DNA of 25,072 nucleotides from a virus (taxonomy: Duplodnaviria > Caudoviricetes): positions 1-25,072 of the IMG/VR virus record IMGVR_UViG_3300032330_000011; one strand, 5' to 3'. The notes beneath the pieces were generated by a model. The model worked only from the letters and a program-made list of their open reading frames with translations, ran no database searches and was not told the DNA's origin. Both the position numbers and the translations under genes were made by a program. Shown here one piece after another: positions 9,918 to 19,482 of this stretch. The first letter of the stretch is position 1; each line of letters begins with the position of its first letter.

Positions 9918-11918
9918 ATGCCGGATTTTGCATTTGTAGGAGCAAGTTATGTTGCGCCAAGCATTTATCAAAACGATAGTGAATGTATAAATTTCTTTCC
10001 TGAAGTTGACCCTACCAAACAACAGGGTGAGCGTGGGGTGATTGCGCTTTACCCAACGCCTGGCCTTACGCTTAAAGCCTTATTGCCTAACCAACAAGAG
10101 GTTCGTGGGCTTCACACCGTGTCGGGTGGTGAGCAATTGATTGCGGTTTGCGGCTCATACGTTTATGCGCTGACAGCTAACCTTGTTCCCTCTGTGATTG
10201 GTCAACTTAATTCCAGTACTGGAATAGTTCGCATCACAGATAACGGGGTCAATGTTTACATTGTGGACGGTGCTTATCGTTACACATGGTATATCTCAAG
10301 CCCCGCTTCTGCGGTGTTTTATGGATCAACAAGTGGCACAACATTGACTGTTTCTAGCGTGTCAAGTGGCACATTGGCGGTTGGTCAATCTTTATATGGC
10401 ATTGGTGTGTTGGCTGAAACCGTGATTACGGCTTTAGGTACAGGCACAGGCGGTGCGGGTACATACACAATTAACAGAAGCCAAACCGTTGCAGCGGAAA
10501 CGATGAATTCCGCAACTGTTGGTGCGGTGGTAACTGCCACTATTACTGGTTCAGTTATGACCGTTTCTGCGGTTACTTCAGGCACTTTGCACGTTGGGCA
10601 AACCATTCAAGGCGCTGGCGTAACCCTTGGCACGATTATTACGGCTTTGGGTACTGGTACGGGTGGAACTGGAACTTACACGTTAAGCACTTCTAGCACC
10701 GTTGCTGTTGGCGTGACCATGTATGGTTTGAACTTTTCTGTTCTGCCCTCTACTGACGGTGCTTTTAGCGGTGCAAACACCGTGGACATTATTGACAACT
10801 ATTTTGTCTATAACAACCCAACAACGCAGCAATGGGGTGCTAGTGACCTTTTGTCGCCCATTTCACCAAATACTAGCTATTCGTTGAAAGATGGCGCACC
10901 AGACGATTTGGTGGCTTTGATCGTTGACCATCGAGAAGTTTATTTGATGGGTGAGATTTCGTCTGAGGTTTGGACTGATGTGGGCGCTGTCCCATTCCCA
11001 TTCCAAAGAATCCCAGGCACATCTACTCAACATGGTATTGCAGCGCCATTTTCTTTGTATCGCCTTGGCAATTCGTTTGCTTACGTTTCCCGTAACAACC
11101 GTGGCCAAGCGCAGATCATGCAAATGCAAGGGTACATCCCACAAAGGATTTCTACCCATGCCGTTGAGAACACATTAGCCAATCAATACGTTGGTGACGC
11201 TGTGGCGTGGACTTATCAACTTGAAGGCCATGAGGTCTATGTTGTCACATTTCCATCTTTGGAATTGACATGGGCTTATGACGCAACCACTCAAATGTGG
11301 CATAAATGGCTTTACACAACGAATCAAAACCAATATCAGCGTCACCGTGGCAATTGCTGTGCGGTGTTCCAAGGTCTAGTCATCGTTGGTGACTATGAGA
11401 ATGGCAAGCTGTATGAGTTGGACAAAACCAACTACACAGATGACGGTCAGAACATTCGCAGATTGCGTAGAGCGCCTCATTTGGTGACAGAGTTTCAGCG
11501 TCAATACTTTGACGAATTGCAGATTCAGTTTCAGCCAGGCGTAGGAACAACTGGCGCTGCTGGGTCTGTTGCTGTTGTAGATGCAAACACCATTTATTTG
11601 GGCAATACTTATACAATTACGGCTGACGCAACATTAACAATAGAGGCTGAAAAGCGTTATATTTTGGCGACTCAGCAACTTCCAACAACGCAGACCACAA
11701 GTAATCCGCAAGCGATGCTTAGATGGTCAAATGATGGCGGTTCTACTTGGTCAAATGAACATTGGACAAGCGTTGGTCGGATTGGTAAATACACAAATCG
11801 TGCGATTTGGCGCAGATTGGGTCAAGCCCGTGACAGAATTTTCGAGGTTTCGGTTTCCGATCCTGTTAATTTTGTGATTGTTTCAGCAAATCTTAAAATG
11901 CAAGGGGCAGAAAACTAA
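9918..11918 (+). CDS. P22 gp10-like tail hub / packaged DNA stabilisation protein
   Basis: 666 aa; [63 protein letters not shown] motifs typical of gp10-like proteins. Confidence 0.85.
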   Translation: MPDFAFVGASYVAPSIYQNDSECINFFPEVDPTKQQGERGVIALYPTPGLTLKALLPNQQEVRGLHTVSGGEQLIAVCGSYVYALTANLVPSVIGQLNSSTGIVRITDNGVNVYIVDGAYRYTWYISSPASAVFYGSTSGTTLTVSSVSSGTLAVGQSLYGIGVLAETVITALGTGTGGAGTYTINRSQTVAAETMNSATVGAVVTATITGSVMTVSAVTSGTLHVGQTIQGAGVTLGTIITALGTGTGGTGTYTLSTSSTVAVGVTMYGLNFSVLPSTDGAFSGANTVDIIDNYFVYNNPTTQQWGASDLLSPISPNTSYSLKDGAPDDLVALIVDHREVYLMGEISSEVWTDVGAVPFPFQRIPGTSTQHGIAAPFSLYRLGNSFAYVSRNNRGQAQIMQMQGYIPQRISTHAVENTLANQYVGDAVAWTYQLEGHEVYVVTFPSLELTWAYDATTQMWHKWLYTTNQNQYQRHRGNCCAVFQGLVIVGDYENGKLYELDKTNYTDDGQNIRRLRRAPHLVTEFQRQYFDELQIQFQPGVGTTGAAGSVAVVDANTIYLGNTYTITADATLTIEAEKRYILATQQLPTTQTTSNPQAMLRWSNDGGSTWSNEHWTSVGRIGKYTNRAIWRRLGQARDRIFEVSVSDPVNFVIVSANLKMQGAEN

Positions 11919-12157
11919 TGGCTTCTCCTGGACTTTCAAGCACGCAACAAGTCAACCCCTATCCACAAGCACCGTTTTTGGATGGGGCGACTAATCGTCC
12001 GACACGTTCGTGGCAACAGTTTTTTATTAACTTGTTGAATTTCAGTTCTGCCACTACTGCAACTGCGGGTTCAGCAACGCTTCCCGCTAATCCTGCTGGT
12101 TTTATGAATGTCACCGTAAATGGGCAAACCTATAAAGTGCCTTACTACAATGTTTGA
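11918..12157 (+). CDS. Small tail protein (at the P22 gp26 needle position)
   Basis: 79 aa; TAATG coupling to the gp10-like gene; function by synteny only. Confidence 0.55.
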   Translation: MASPGLSSTQQVNPYPQAPFLDGATNRPTRSWQQFFINLLNFSSATTATAGSATLPANPAGFMNVTVNGQTYKVPYYNV

Positions 12158-12170
12158 GAAAGTTTAAGTC

Positions 12171-13955
12171 ATGGAAAACATAATCAATTCTTTAGTTTCT
12201 CAAGCCGTTGGGGTTACTGATCAACAGATCAAAGATTTTTTGTCAACTGGCCCAAGTGATTCTCAAATTGCCAAAGCTATGGAGACTTACGGTGTTTCTC
12301 CAACGCAAATGGCGCAAGTTACGGGTTTGCCTGAAGGCCAGGTGGCTGCCAGGGTTGCGGCTACGATTCCTCCAGGCCAATCTGTAACGCTTGGAGACAC
12401 TATTGTCCAGCCTCAATATCAAACCATTGGTTCAGGAATGGATCAGCAAATTGGCGGCCTTGAAAATGTCCTCACTTATAAAACTGGTGAAAACAAAGTT
12501 GGCGGTGGATATAACCAATATAACCCAGATGGAACTTTGCAGCGCACAGGCACACAACAAGAAGTAAACGCAACTAAAGACTTTTTAAAGTTTGCCGCTT
12601 TAACAGGCGCAGGACTTTATGGTTTAAATTCTGCAGGATTGTTGGGTGGTGGCACAGGCGCTGGTTCTGCTTTTGAAGCTATGAATGCTGGTGCTGGTGC
12701 ATTTGGTGGTGGTGGCACAGCTTTAAGTTCATTAGCAGCCATGACCCCTGCTGAATTAGCCGCTTTTGAATCCATGAATGCTGGTGCATCTGCAATGACT
12801 GATTTAGGCGCTAGTGGCGCATTAAATCCTACCATTACGGGTATGGGTGCAGGAACAGGATTGACTGCGGGTGCAGCGGGTCTTGGTTTGAATGCGGGAA
12901 CTGCGGGTCTTGGTGCTGAAGGTCTTGGCGCAGGGCTTGGCGCTGGAACAGGCGCAGGATTGGGTGCAGGGCTTGGAAGCACTTTGGCTAGTTTAGGTAC
13001 TGGTGTTGGTGGTTCACTTTTAGGCTCTACTCTTGGTTCAACTTTGGGTGGCGTAGCTGGTTCTACCCTTGGCTCTACTCTAGGTTCTACTTTAGGCTCT
13101 GGTGCTGGTTCTGCGTTAGGCACAAGCCTTGCCACAGGATTGGGTTTATCTGCCCTTGGTTCAACTCTTGGAACTGCGGCTAACCAGGCTGGAATTTCTA
13201 ATGCCCGTGACTTGATTAACCAATATGGCACTCAAGCACAAACTACTCTTGCTAATGCTTACAAAAATGCACAAAATTTAAATGCTGCCAATCGTACAGA
13301 TTTAGGCAACATTTATGCAAACACATCTAAAAATATGCAAAATTTGTATAACCAACAAGTTGGTTATCAAGACCCATATCAAGATATTGGACGGGCTGGT
13401 TCACAAGGATTGTTGGCAAATCAAGACTATTTGACCCGCCAATTTACCAATGCTGATTTGAACGCTAATTTAGCGCCTAATTACGCATTTATGTTGGGTC
13501 AGGGTCAAATGGCTAACCAACGTGCTGCCAACATGGGCGGTGGCGCTTTGGGCGGTAATGCGCTGCAAGGTCTGCAACGCTATACCCAGGACTATGCGGG
13601 TAATGCTTACCAACAAGCGTTTAAAAACTTCCAAGATCAACGCAGCAACATTTACAACAACCTGGCTAACATGGCTCAGATTGGCACAACGTCAGCTGGT
13701 CAGTTGGCTGGTCTTGGCAATACATACGGCTCTAACATGGCTGGTTTGGCCTCCAACTATGGCAGCAACCTTACAACAAGTGCGGGTCAAGGCATCAATG
13801 CAGCAAACCAGTATGGTTTGAACACAGCTGGCCTGGCAACTGGTATCGGTGGCGCATTGGCAAGTAATGCAACCCAATCAGGCGCAAACACAGCGGGACT
13901 TTTGAGCAACCTGGGCAATACTGCTTTGCTTGGCTCTATGATCAAAGCGACATAA
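12171..13955 (+). CDS. DNA ejection/transfer protein 1 (P22 gp7-like position)
   Basis: 594 aa; Gly/Ala/Leu-rich middle; Gln/Asn-rich C-half with PNYAF..QG...AA..GG.LGGNAL..LQ.Y.QDYA motif. Confidence 0.7.
   Translation: MENIINSLVSQAVGVTDQQIKDFLSTGPSDSQIAKAMETYGVSPTQMAQVTGLPEGQVAARVAATIPPGQSVTLGDTIVQPQYQTIGSGMDQQIGGLENVLTYKTGENKVGGGYNQYNPDGTLQRTGTQQEVNATKDFLKFAALTGAGLYGLNSAGLLGGGTGAGSAFEAMNAGAGAFGGGGTALSSLAAMTPAELAAFESMNAGASAMTDLGASGALNPTITGMGAGTGLTAGAAGLGLNAGTAGLGAEGLGAGLGAGTGAGLGAGLGSTLASLGTGVGGSLLGSTLGSTLGGVAGSTLGSTLGSTLGSGAGSALGTSLATGLGLSALGSTLGTAANQAGISNARDLINQYGTQAQTTLANAYKNAQNLNAANRTDLGNIYANTSKNMQNLYNQQVGYQDPYQDIGRAGSQGLLANQDYLTRQFTNADLNANLAPNYAFMLGQGQMANQRAANMGGGALGGNALQGLQRYTQDYAGNAYQQAFKNFQDQRSNIYNNLANMAQIGTTSAGQLAGLGNTYGSNMAGLASNYGSNLTTSAGQGINAANQYGLNTAGLATGIGGALASNATQSGANTAGLLSNLGNTALLGSMIKAT
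12861..13175 (+). repeat. Low-complexity coding repeats (GAGLG / GSTLG units)
   Basis: Degenerate tandem repeats such as GGCTCTACTCTT / GGTTCAACTTTG / GGTTCTACCCTT encoding GSTL. Confidence 0.8.
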
Positions 13956-13964
13956 GGATAAATC

Positions 13965-15509
13965 ATGGCTGACTTTTCAATGAACGTGAACTATGCCAAA
14001 CCCCAGGGTCAAACCCTTGGGGACATGGTGAACATGGCTTCTGGAATCCAAAACTTCCAACAAGCCCAGCAGATGAATCCTTTGGCTTTGGAAAAGGCTC
14101 AGATTGAAAATCAAGTTCTGCGCCAGAAAAACGATGAGCGTTTAAAACTGCAAGAGTTCACAAGCAATCCTGAAAATTGGCAAACCAATGGTCGGATTGA
14201 CATGGACAAAATCAATAAGGTAGTTCCAAAAATTGCCCCATTAACAGGTTCTGATGTTATTACTTCATTGAGTGGACTTCATAAAAGTCAGACTGAAGCC
14301 GATAAAGCTAAACAAGATTTAACGCAAACTGAACGTCAATTGATTGGTAATGTTGATCATTCATTGGGTTTGATGGGTGTCAATGATCCTAGACAAGTTA
14401 TTAAGGCATATCAAGGTTTAATTACAAATAATCCTGACAACGCAGCTTTGCATCGTATGGTCAATGCTCGAATGGAAATTCTCAACAAGGCTCAACCTGG
14501 CCCTAATATTACAAAAGATTTGCTTGCAGAATCTGCTTCATTGTTGACTATTCCTCAACAACGTGAATTGTTTGGACAAAAAGCCACATTGACACCTATG
14601 GGTGGTCGTGCATACGAAACACTTATGTCACCACAAGGCATTACTGGTGAAGCACCAAGTGTTCAGTTTACTGGTCGTTCACAAGAAACAAGTTTAAACC
14701 CTGCACAACGTGAAGAAGTTTCTGGAACTGACATTTACGGCAATCCAATTACTACTGTAAAAGACGAATTTGGTCGTGTTGTTGGTCAAAAAGGTGTGCC
14801 TGTTATGGGTCAACCTACACCAGCACCTATGCCTATGCGTTTTGCCCCAGGCGAATCACCAGAAACCGTTAAAGCCATGCAAGCAGAACGTATTTTGGCA
14901 AAAGATTCTGCAGCAGCCGCAGCACCTGCTTTGCAAAATATTCAAACAGTTCGTAAATATTTGCCATTAGCTGCAACTGGCGCAAATTCAGAAGCTATTG
15001 CAAGACTGCAATCGGTGGTTGGTAACATAGGCGGTAGTAAGCCTGAAGAACTTGCTGCTGCTTCGCGTGACATCATCGAAAAAAGCATTGCTGATTTGGC
15101 GCTTCAAAAAAATCAAGCATTGGGTGGCAAGTATGTAGAAGATTTGAAAGGTGCTGCTCAATCATTGGCAAGTGCTGGTCGCAATCCAACAGCTATTGCC
15201 AAGTCTATGGATCAGTTAGAGCCATTGATTCAACACGCACAGTATTATCAACAGGGCTTAGAAAACGCTATTGCTAAAAACAAAGGTGATGTTCAAATCA
15301 AACGTCAATTTGACAATGCCATGATTAACGCTTATGACCCACAAGCCCTTGGTGCTTACAACGCTTACAAATCAGGTGGTGAGCCAGCATTGAATCAGTA
15401 TCTGATGGATATGTCGCCTGATAAAAAGAAACCAATAACGCCTGGTCAAAAAGCCAATATCTTTATGAAAATTCAGAAGTACGTTAACCTTGTTAATGGA
15501 GAACTGTAA
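13965..15509 (+). CDS. DNA ejection/transfer protein 2 (putative)
   Basis: 514 aa, helical Gln/Ala-rich; AAGGA RBS; synteny with podovirus ejection genes. Confidence 0.6.
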   Translation: MADFSMNVNYAKPQGQTLGDMVNMASGIQNFQQAQQMNPLALEKAQIENQVLRQKNDERLKLQEFTSNPENWQTNGRIDMDKINKVVPKIAPLTGSDVITSLSGLHKSQTEADKAKQDLTQTERQLIGNVDHSLGLMGVNDPRQVIKAYQGLITNNPDNAALHRMVNARMEILNKAQPGPNITKDLLAESASLLTIPQQRELFGQKATLTPMGGRAYETLMSPQGITGEAPSVQFTGRSQETSLNPAQREEVSGTDIYGNPITTVKDEFGRVVGQKGVPVMGQPTPAPMPMRFAPGESPETVKAMQAERILAKDSAAAAAPALQNIQTVRKYLPLAATGANSEAIARLQSVVGNIGGSKPEELAAASRDIIEKSIADLALQKNQALGGKYVEDLKGAAQSLASAGRNPTAIAKSMDQLEPLIQHAQYYQQGLENAIAKNKGDVQIKRQFDNAMINAYDPQALGAYNAYKSGGEPALNQYLMDMSPDKKKPITPGQKANIFMKIQKYVNLVNGEL

Positions 15510-17440
15510 TGGCTAATGAATTTGACTTGTCAGGTTTTGCTCAAGCGTTAAAAGTAGCGCCTAGTAATTTTGGCCAACCACAAGGTCAAATGCCTCAAGC
15601 CATGCCTCAAAATCGTCAATCTGATCGTATGGCTATCTTGCAAGACGAGATGGAAAAAGCTAAACAACGTTTGGCTGCTGGCGATCCAAGAGCGCAACGA
15701 GATATTGAAGCATTGACCCGTGAAATGGGCGGTAGAACAGCGTCAATAAGTCAGCCAATGACACAACCTCAAAATGAGGCTTTTGATTTGGGTGGCTTTG
15801 GTAAAGCATTGCTGTCAACTCAGCCAACTGCGCAACCATCTAGCAAACCGATGGATGCTACTAAGCAAAAATACGATACGCAATTAGAAGAAGCGTTTAA
15901 AAAGATTCCTGGTTATCAAAGTCTTGAAGCTGGCATTATGGGCGCTGGTGGTGGAATTTCTAAATCTATTGGTGGCTTACAACAACTGATTGGCAAAGGT
16001 GTTGGATTAGTAGCGCCTGAAACTGGTCAAGCAATTGAGCAAAACGCATTAAAGAACGTGCGTCAAACAGAAAGCCAAATAGCCCCTTATGAGCAAGCAA
16101 GACCTGTTGCAACAACGGTTGGTCAAATTGCTGGCGCTGTGGTCAATCCAGTAAACAAATTGATTCCAGGCGGTTCTGCCACAGGCGTAATGGGTTTGGC
16201 TCAAGGCGCTGGTCAAGGTGCATTAGCTAATGTATTGACTACACCAGTTACTGATGAAAACAAAGCATTTTTAACTCAGAAACTTGAACAAGCATTTGCG
16301 GGTGGTGCGGGTGGTGCTTTAGGTACTGCTATTGCTAAAGCGCCTGGTGCGCTTGCAGAGCCATTTAAAAAGGCTCTTGGAAGCACAGAACAACAGGCCG
16401 TTGATACTCTGCGTAAAGCTGGTGTACCAATTGATGTTGCCCAAGCTACAGGTTCTGAATTTTTAAAGCGTACAAAAGCTGCATCATTTGACAATCCATT
16501 TACTGCTGGCAAAGCTATAGATTTTGCTGATACGCAAAAAGCCGCTTTTAATAAAGCTATTGCTAAAACTATGGGTGAAGATGCTTCTGCAATTACCCCA
16601 TCAGTTTTGCAAGCTGCAAAGACTCGTCTTGGTAACGCATACGATGATATTGCTTTGCGTAACAACATTCATCTGGATGATGAATTAACAAAGAATTTGT
16701 CAAGCATTCGATCTGAAGCAGAACAAATATTGAATCCAGATCAATTTAACATTGTTCAAAAACAAATCAATAACATCATACAAAAAGCCGAAGAACAAGG
16801 CGGTGGTTTGCGCGGTGAACAATATCAAAGCATTAAAAAGGTTCTTGATAAATTGTCTGGTGGTCGAGATACCGATGTTGGTTCATACGCTAGAGAATTA
16901 AAAGAAACATTGCTTGATGGATTGACTCGTACAGCTAAAGCTACGGGCAATGAAGCTGATGTGAAATTGTTGAAAGAGACAAATCGCCAATACAGCAATA
17001 TGAAGAAGATTGAAGATGTGGTGTTAAAAGACCCACAAGGAAACGTCAGTCCTTCTTTGTTAAACAATTCTTTGGCCACCAAAGGCAAACGATATTCGTT
17101 TTATCAAGATGATCCTGAATTAGCTAATTTAGCCAGCGCAGGTAAGTTGGTTCTTGATCAAAAATTGCCCAATAGCGGAACGATGGCTAGAATGTTAGCG
17201 TCTTCTCCTGTGTTTGCAGGAACAAAAGCCCTTTATCAAGGTGGCGCACAAGCCGCAATGATGAATCCAACAACCGCCAGATATATTGAGCAAGGTTTGC
17301 CACAAGGCGCGTTAAGATCAACATTGCAAGCGCCACAACAACTTGGTCAAATGTTGCCACAATATATGCAAAAGCCAGGCGCTGTAAGTGCTACTGCTTT
17401 GCGTGAACTAATCAATCAAAGAAATCTCGGAGTTCAATAA
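15509..17440 (+). CDS. DNA ejection/transfer protein 3 (putative)
   Basis: 643 aa; TAATG coupling; Gly/Ala-rich hydrophobic stretches followed by a helical region. Confidence 0.6.
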   Translation: MANEFDLSGFAQALKVAPSNFGQPQGQMPQAMPQNRQSDRMAILQDEMEKAKQRLAAGDPRAQRDIEALTREMGGRTASISQPMTQPQNEAFDLGGFGKALLSTQPTAQPSSKPMDATKQKYDTQLEEAFKKIPGYQSLEAGIMGAGGGISKSIGGLQQLIGKGVGLVAPETGQAIEQNALKNVRQTESQIAPYEQARPVATTVGQIAGAVVNPVNKLIPGGSATGVMGLAQGAGQGALANVLTTPVTDENKAFLTQKLEQAFAGGAGGALGTAIAKAPGALAEPFKKALGSTEQQAVDTLRKAGVPIDVAQATGSEFLKRTKAASFDNPFTAGKAIDFADTQKAAFNKAIAKTMGEDASAITPSVLQAAKTRLGNAYDDIALRNNIHLDDELTKNLSSIRSEAEQILNPDQFNIVQKQINNIIQKAEEQGGGLRGEQYQSIKKVLDKLSGGRDTDVGSYARELKETLLDGLTRTAKATGNEADVKLLKETNRQYSNMKKIEDVVLKDPQGNVSPSLLNNSLATKGKRYSFYQDDPELANLASAGKLVLDQKLPNSGTMARMLASSPVFAGTKALYQGGAQAAMMNPTTARYIEQGLPQGALRSTLQAPQQLGQMLPQYMQKPGAVSATALRELINQRNLGVQ

Positions 17441-17982
17441 TGGCAGTTAATCTTGCACCCATTGGTAACGGTTTCCAATTTTTTACCAGCACAGGCATTC
17501 CACTTAACGGTGGGTATATCTACACCTACCAAGCTGGGTCTAGCACTCCTCTTGCAACTTACACAACGGCTGCCGGAACTATTGCCAACGCCAATCCTAT
17601 TCAATTGGGGACTGATGGACGCCCCCCACAAGAGATTTGGTTGACTGAAGGTTACTCATACAAGTTCATTTTGACCGACTCTGCCAATGTGCAGATTGGC
17701 ACTTACGACAACCTTTACGGCATTTTGGGAACAGCGGCAAGCACAAACCCAATCCCCTCTGGTGGCATCATCATGTGGTCAGGCTCTATTGGCGCTATTC
17801 CTACGGGCTATTACCTTTGCAATGGCTCTAACGGCACACCAGACTTGCGTGATCGCTTTGTGGTTGGTTCTGGTAGCACCTATGCTGTTGGCAACACGGG
17901 TGGCTTTACGTCCAACGTAGCTGGTTCAGGCGGCACAAATTTGCCGCTTTACTATTCATTGGCATTTATTCAAAAGGCTTGA
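17440..17982 (+). CDS. Miniature tailspike-position protein: head-binding-like N-domain plus tail-collar-like domain
   Basis: G.PL.GG.IYTY.AG..TPLATY..NPI.L..DGRP, then IPSGGIIMWSG..IPTGYYLCNG.NGTPDLRDRFVVG, ending NLPLYYSLAFIQK. Confidence 0.7.
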   Translation: MAVNLAPIGNGFQFFTSTGIPLNGGYIYTYQAGSSTPLATYTTAAGTIANANPIQLGTDGRPPQEIWLTEGYSYKFILTDSANVQIGTYDNLYGILGTAASTNPIPSGGIIMWSGSIGAIPTGYYLCNGSNGTPDLRDRFVVGSGSTYAVGNTGGFTSNVAGSGGTNLPLYYSLAFIQKA

Positions 17983-17983
17983 A

Positions 17984-18187
17984 ATGTCTGACATTGATTT
18001 GGTTAAGTACGGTGTGCTTTGGCAAAAAGTTGAATCAATGGAAGCCAAGATTGACAAAATGGAAGGCCAACTTGAAACTCTGATTGAGTTGGCTAACAAG
18101 GGTCGTGGTGGCTTCTGGATGGGCATGACCTTTGTGTCGGCTATTTCTACCCTTATGGGTTACTTTAGCCATCATTGGACAAAATGA
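17984..18187 (+). CDS. Small coiled-coil plus single-TM protein (holin/lysis-associated candidate)
   Basis: 67 aa; coiled coil then GRGGFWMGMTFVSAISTLMGYF hydrophobic tail. Confidence 0.6.
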   Translation: MSDIDLVKYGVLWQKVESMEAKIDKMEGQLETLIELANKGRGGFWMGMTFVSAISTLMGYFSHHWTK

Positions 18188-18468
18188 AATGGTTTTTTGT
18201 TGGAATGCTGACAGCGTGTTTGTTGGCAGCTTCTCAACAAAAATGCGTTGTTAATGATTTCTACGGTTTAAGTTGGCTTGGCAATCCATCGGAAAGGCAT
18301 CAACGTCTTTCTGAATGGTTAACCACAAATGGGAATTTATGCGGTTCTGATGAATTGCTTGCCATTTGGAATAACTTGGCAATGTGGGCGGGAACTGCTG
18401 ACAGTTCAGAACTAAGATCAAAAATTCTCTACTATTATGCAAAGGCAGTAGAAAGAGAGAAGAAGTGA
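18184..18468 (+). CDS. Putative exported small protein
   Basis: Start likely ATG 18184 (ATGA overlap); MKWFFVGMLTACLLAA signal-peptide-like N-terminus. Confidence 0.6.
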   Translation: MKWFFVGMLTACLLAASQQKCVVNDFYGLSWLGNPSERHQRLSEWLTTNGNLCGSDELLAIWNNLAMWAGTADSSELRSKILYYYAKAVEREKK

Positions 18469-18704
18469 AAATCAGTTTTGACAAATGGTATCCCGTAGTT
18501 CAACCAAATGTTGGAATGCAAGCTGATGTGTTTGCCAAACGAGTTGACAAGATGAATGCTGAACGAGCCGTACAAGTTCAAGTGGATCAACAAGTCAAAA
18601 AGTTTCATCAATACGAATATGAAATATATGATTTTCGAATGCGTCAGATAACGATAAACATTCAGATCACTAACCTTAAACGTGAGATTGACAAACTTGT
18701 ATGA
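18465..18704 (+). CDS. Hypothetical protein
   Basis: GTG start with 4 nt overlaps at both ends. Confidence 0.6.
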   Translation: MKISFDKWYPVVQPNVGMQADVFAKRVDKMNAERAVQVQVDQQVKKFHQYEYEIYDFRMRQITINIQITNLKREIDKLV

Positions 18705-18973
18705 CAAAGAAACCAGCACGCAAACCACAGATAGAAGTGAAAGACAAGCTGACTCTGTGGGTAACACTCATGGTAAGCGCAACCCTTTGTATCTCAGTAT
18801 TGGCAATGGTGATTTCCTTTATGCTGGGTCTGTGGGCCAAGGAAGTGGACAACGGGGAAATTTTCAAGATGATTTCACCCGCTTTTTCTACTCTTATAGG
18901 CGGCATGATTGGATTCCTGTCTGGTATCAAACTCATGCAAAATGAAGAAACTAAAAAGGACAGTAAATGCTGA
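18701..18973 (+). CDS. Two-TM membrane protein (holin candidate)
   Basis: Basic N-terminus, two hydrophobic helices, charged C-tail. Confidence 0.6.
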   Translation: MTKKPARKPQIEVKDKLTLWVTLMVSATLCISVLAMVISFMLGLWAKEVDNGEIFKMISPAFSTLIGGMIGFLSGIKLMQNEETKKDSKC

Positions 18974-19482
18974 CACTACTTTCAACACTCATTTCATTTC
19001 TTATGGGAGGTCTGCCCAAGATTTTGGATTTCTTCCAAGATCGTGCTGACAAACTACATGAATTGGCTTTGGCTCAAATGCAGATTACCCGTGAGTTGGA
19101 ACTGCGCAAAGCGGGCTTTGAGGCACAAGAAAGAATTGAGAACATTCGGTCTGAGCAACTGGCAACAGAAAGCGCTGCCAACACTCAGCAGATTTTGATT
19201 GGCGCACAACAGGCTGAAATGTCAGCAATCTATGCTCACGACACATCTTTGAACGAAGGCACATCTACTTGGATGAAAGATTTGCGTGCTTCTGTTCGCC
19301 CTGTCATCACTTACGGTTTCTTTTTCTTGTTGTTGTTTGTGGATGTTGGCTTGTTTGCATACGGCTGGCATCAAGGTGCATCATTTGTGGAACTGGCTGA
19401 GATGTTGTGGGATTCTGACACTCAGGCCTTGTTTGCCTCCATCATTGCTTTCCACTTTGGCGGCAGAGCCTTTGGCAAATGA
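18967..19482 (+). CDS. Holin-like membrane protein
   Basis: N-terminal hydrophobic helix, coiled coil, LRASVRPVITY plus TM, IIAFHFGGRAF end; directly upstream of the lysozyme. Confidence 0.65.
   Translation: MLTLLSTLISFLMGGLPKILDFFQDRADKLHELALAQMQITRELELRKAGFEAQERIENIRSEQLATESAANTQQILIGAQQAEMSAIYAHDTSLNEGTSTWMKDLRASVRPVITYGFFFLLLFVDVGLFAYGWHQGASFVELAEMLWDSDTQALFASIIAFHFGGRAFGK

Noticed and set aside
12617-13231. 204 aa Pro/Ala-rich minus-strand ORF
   Set aside because: Antisense shadow of the Gly-rich repeat tract; no RBS or operon context. The same applies to the other nested and antisense track ORFs such as 1083-1442, 10385-10606 and 16276-16668.
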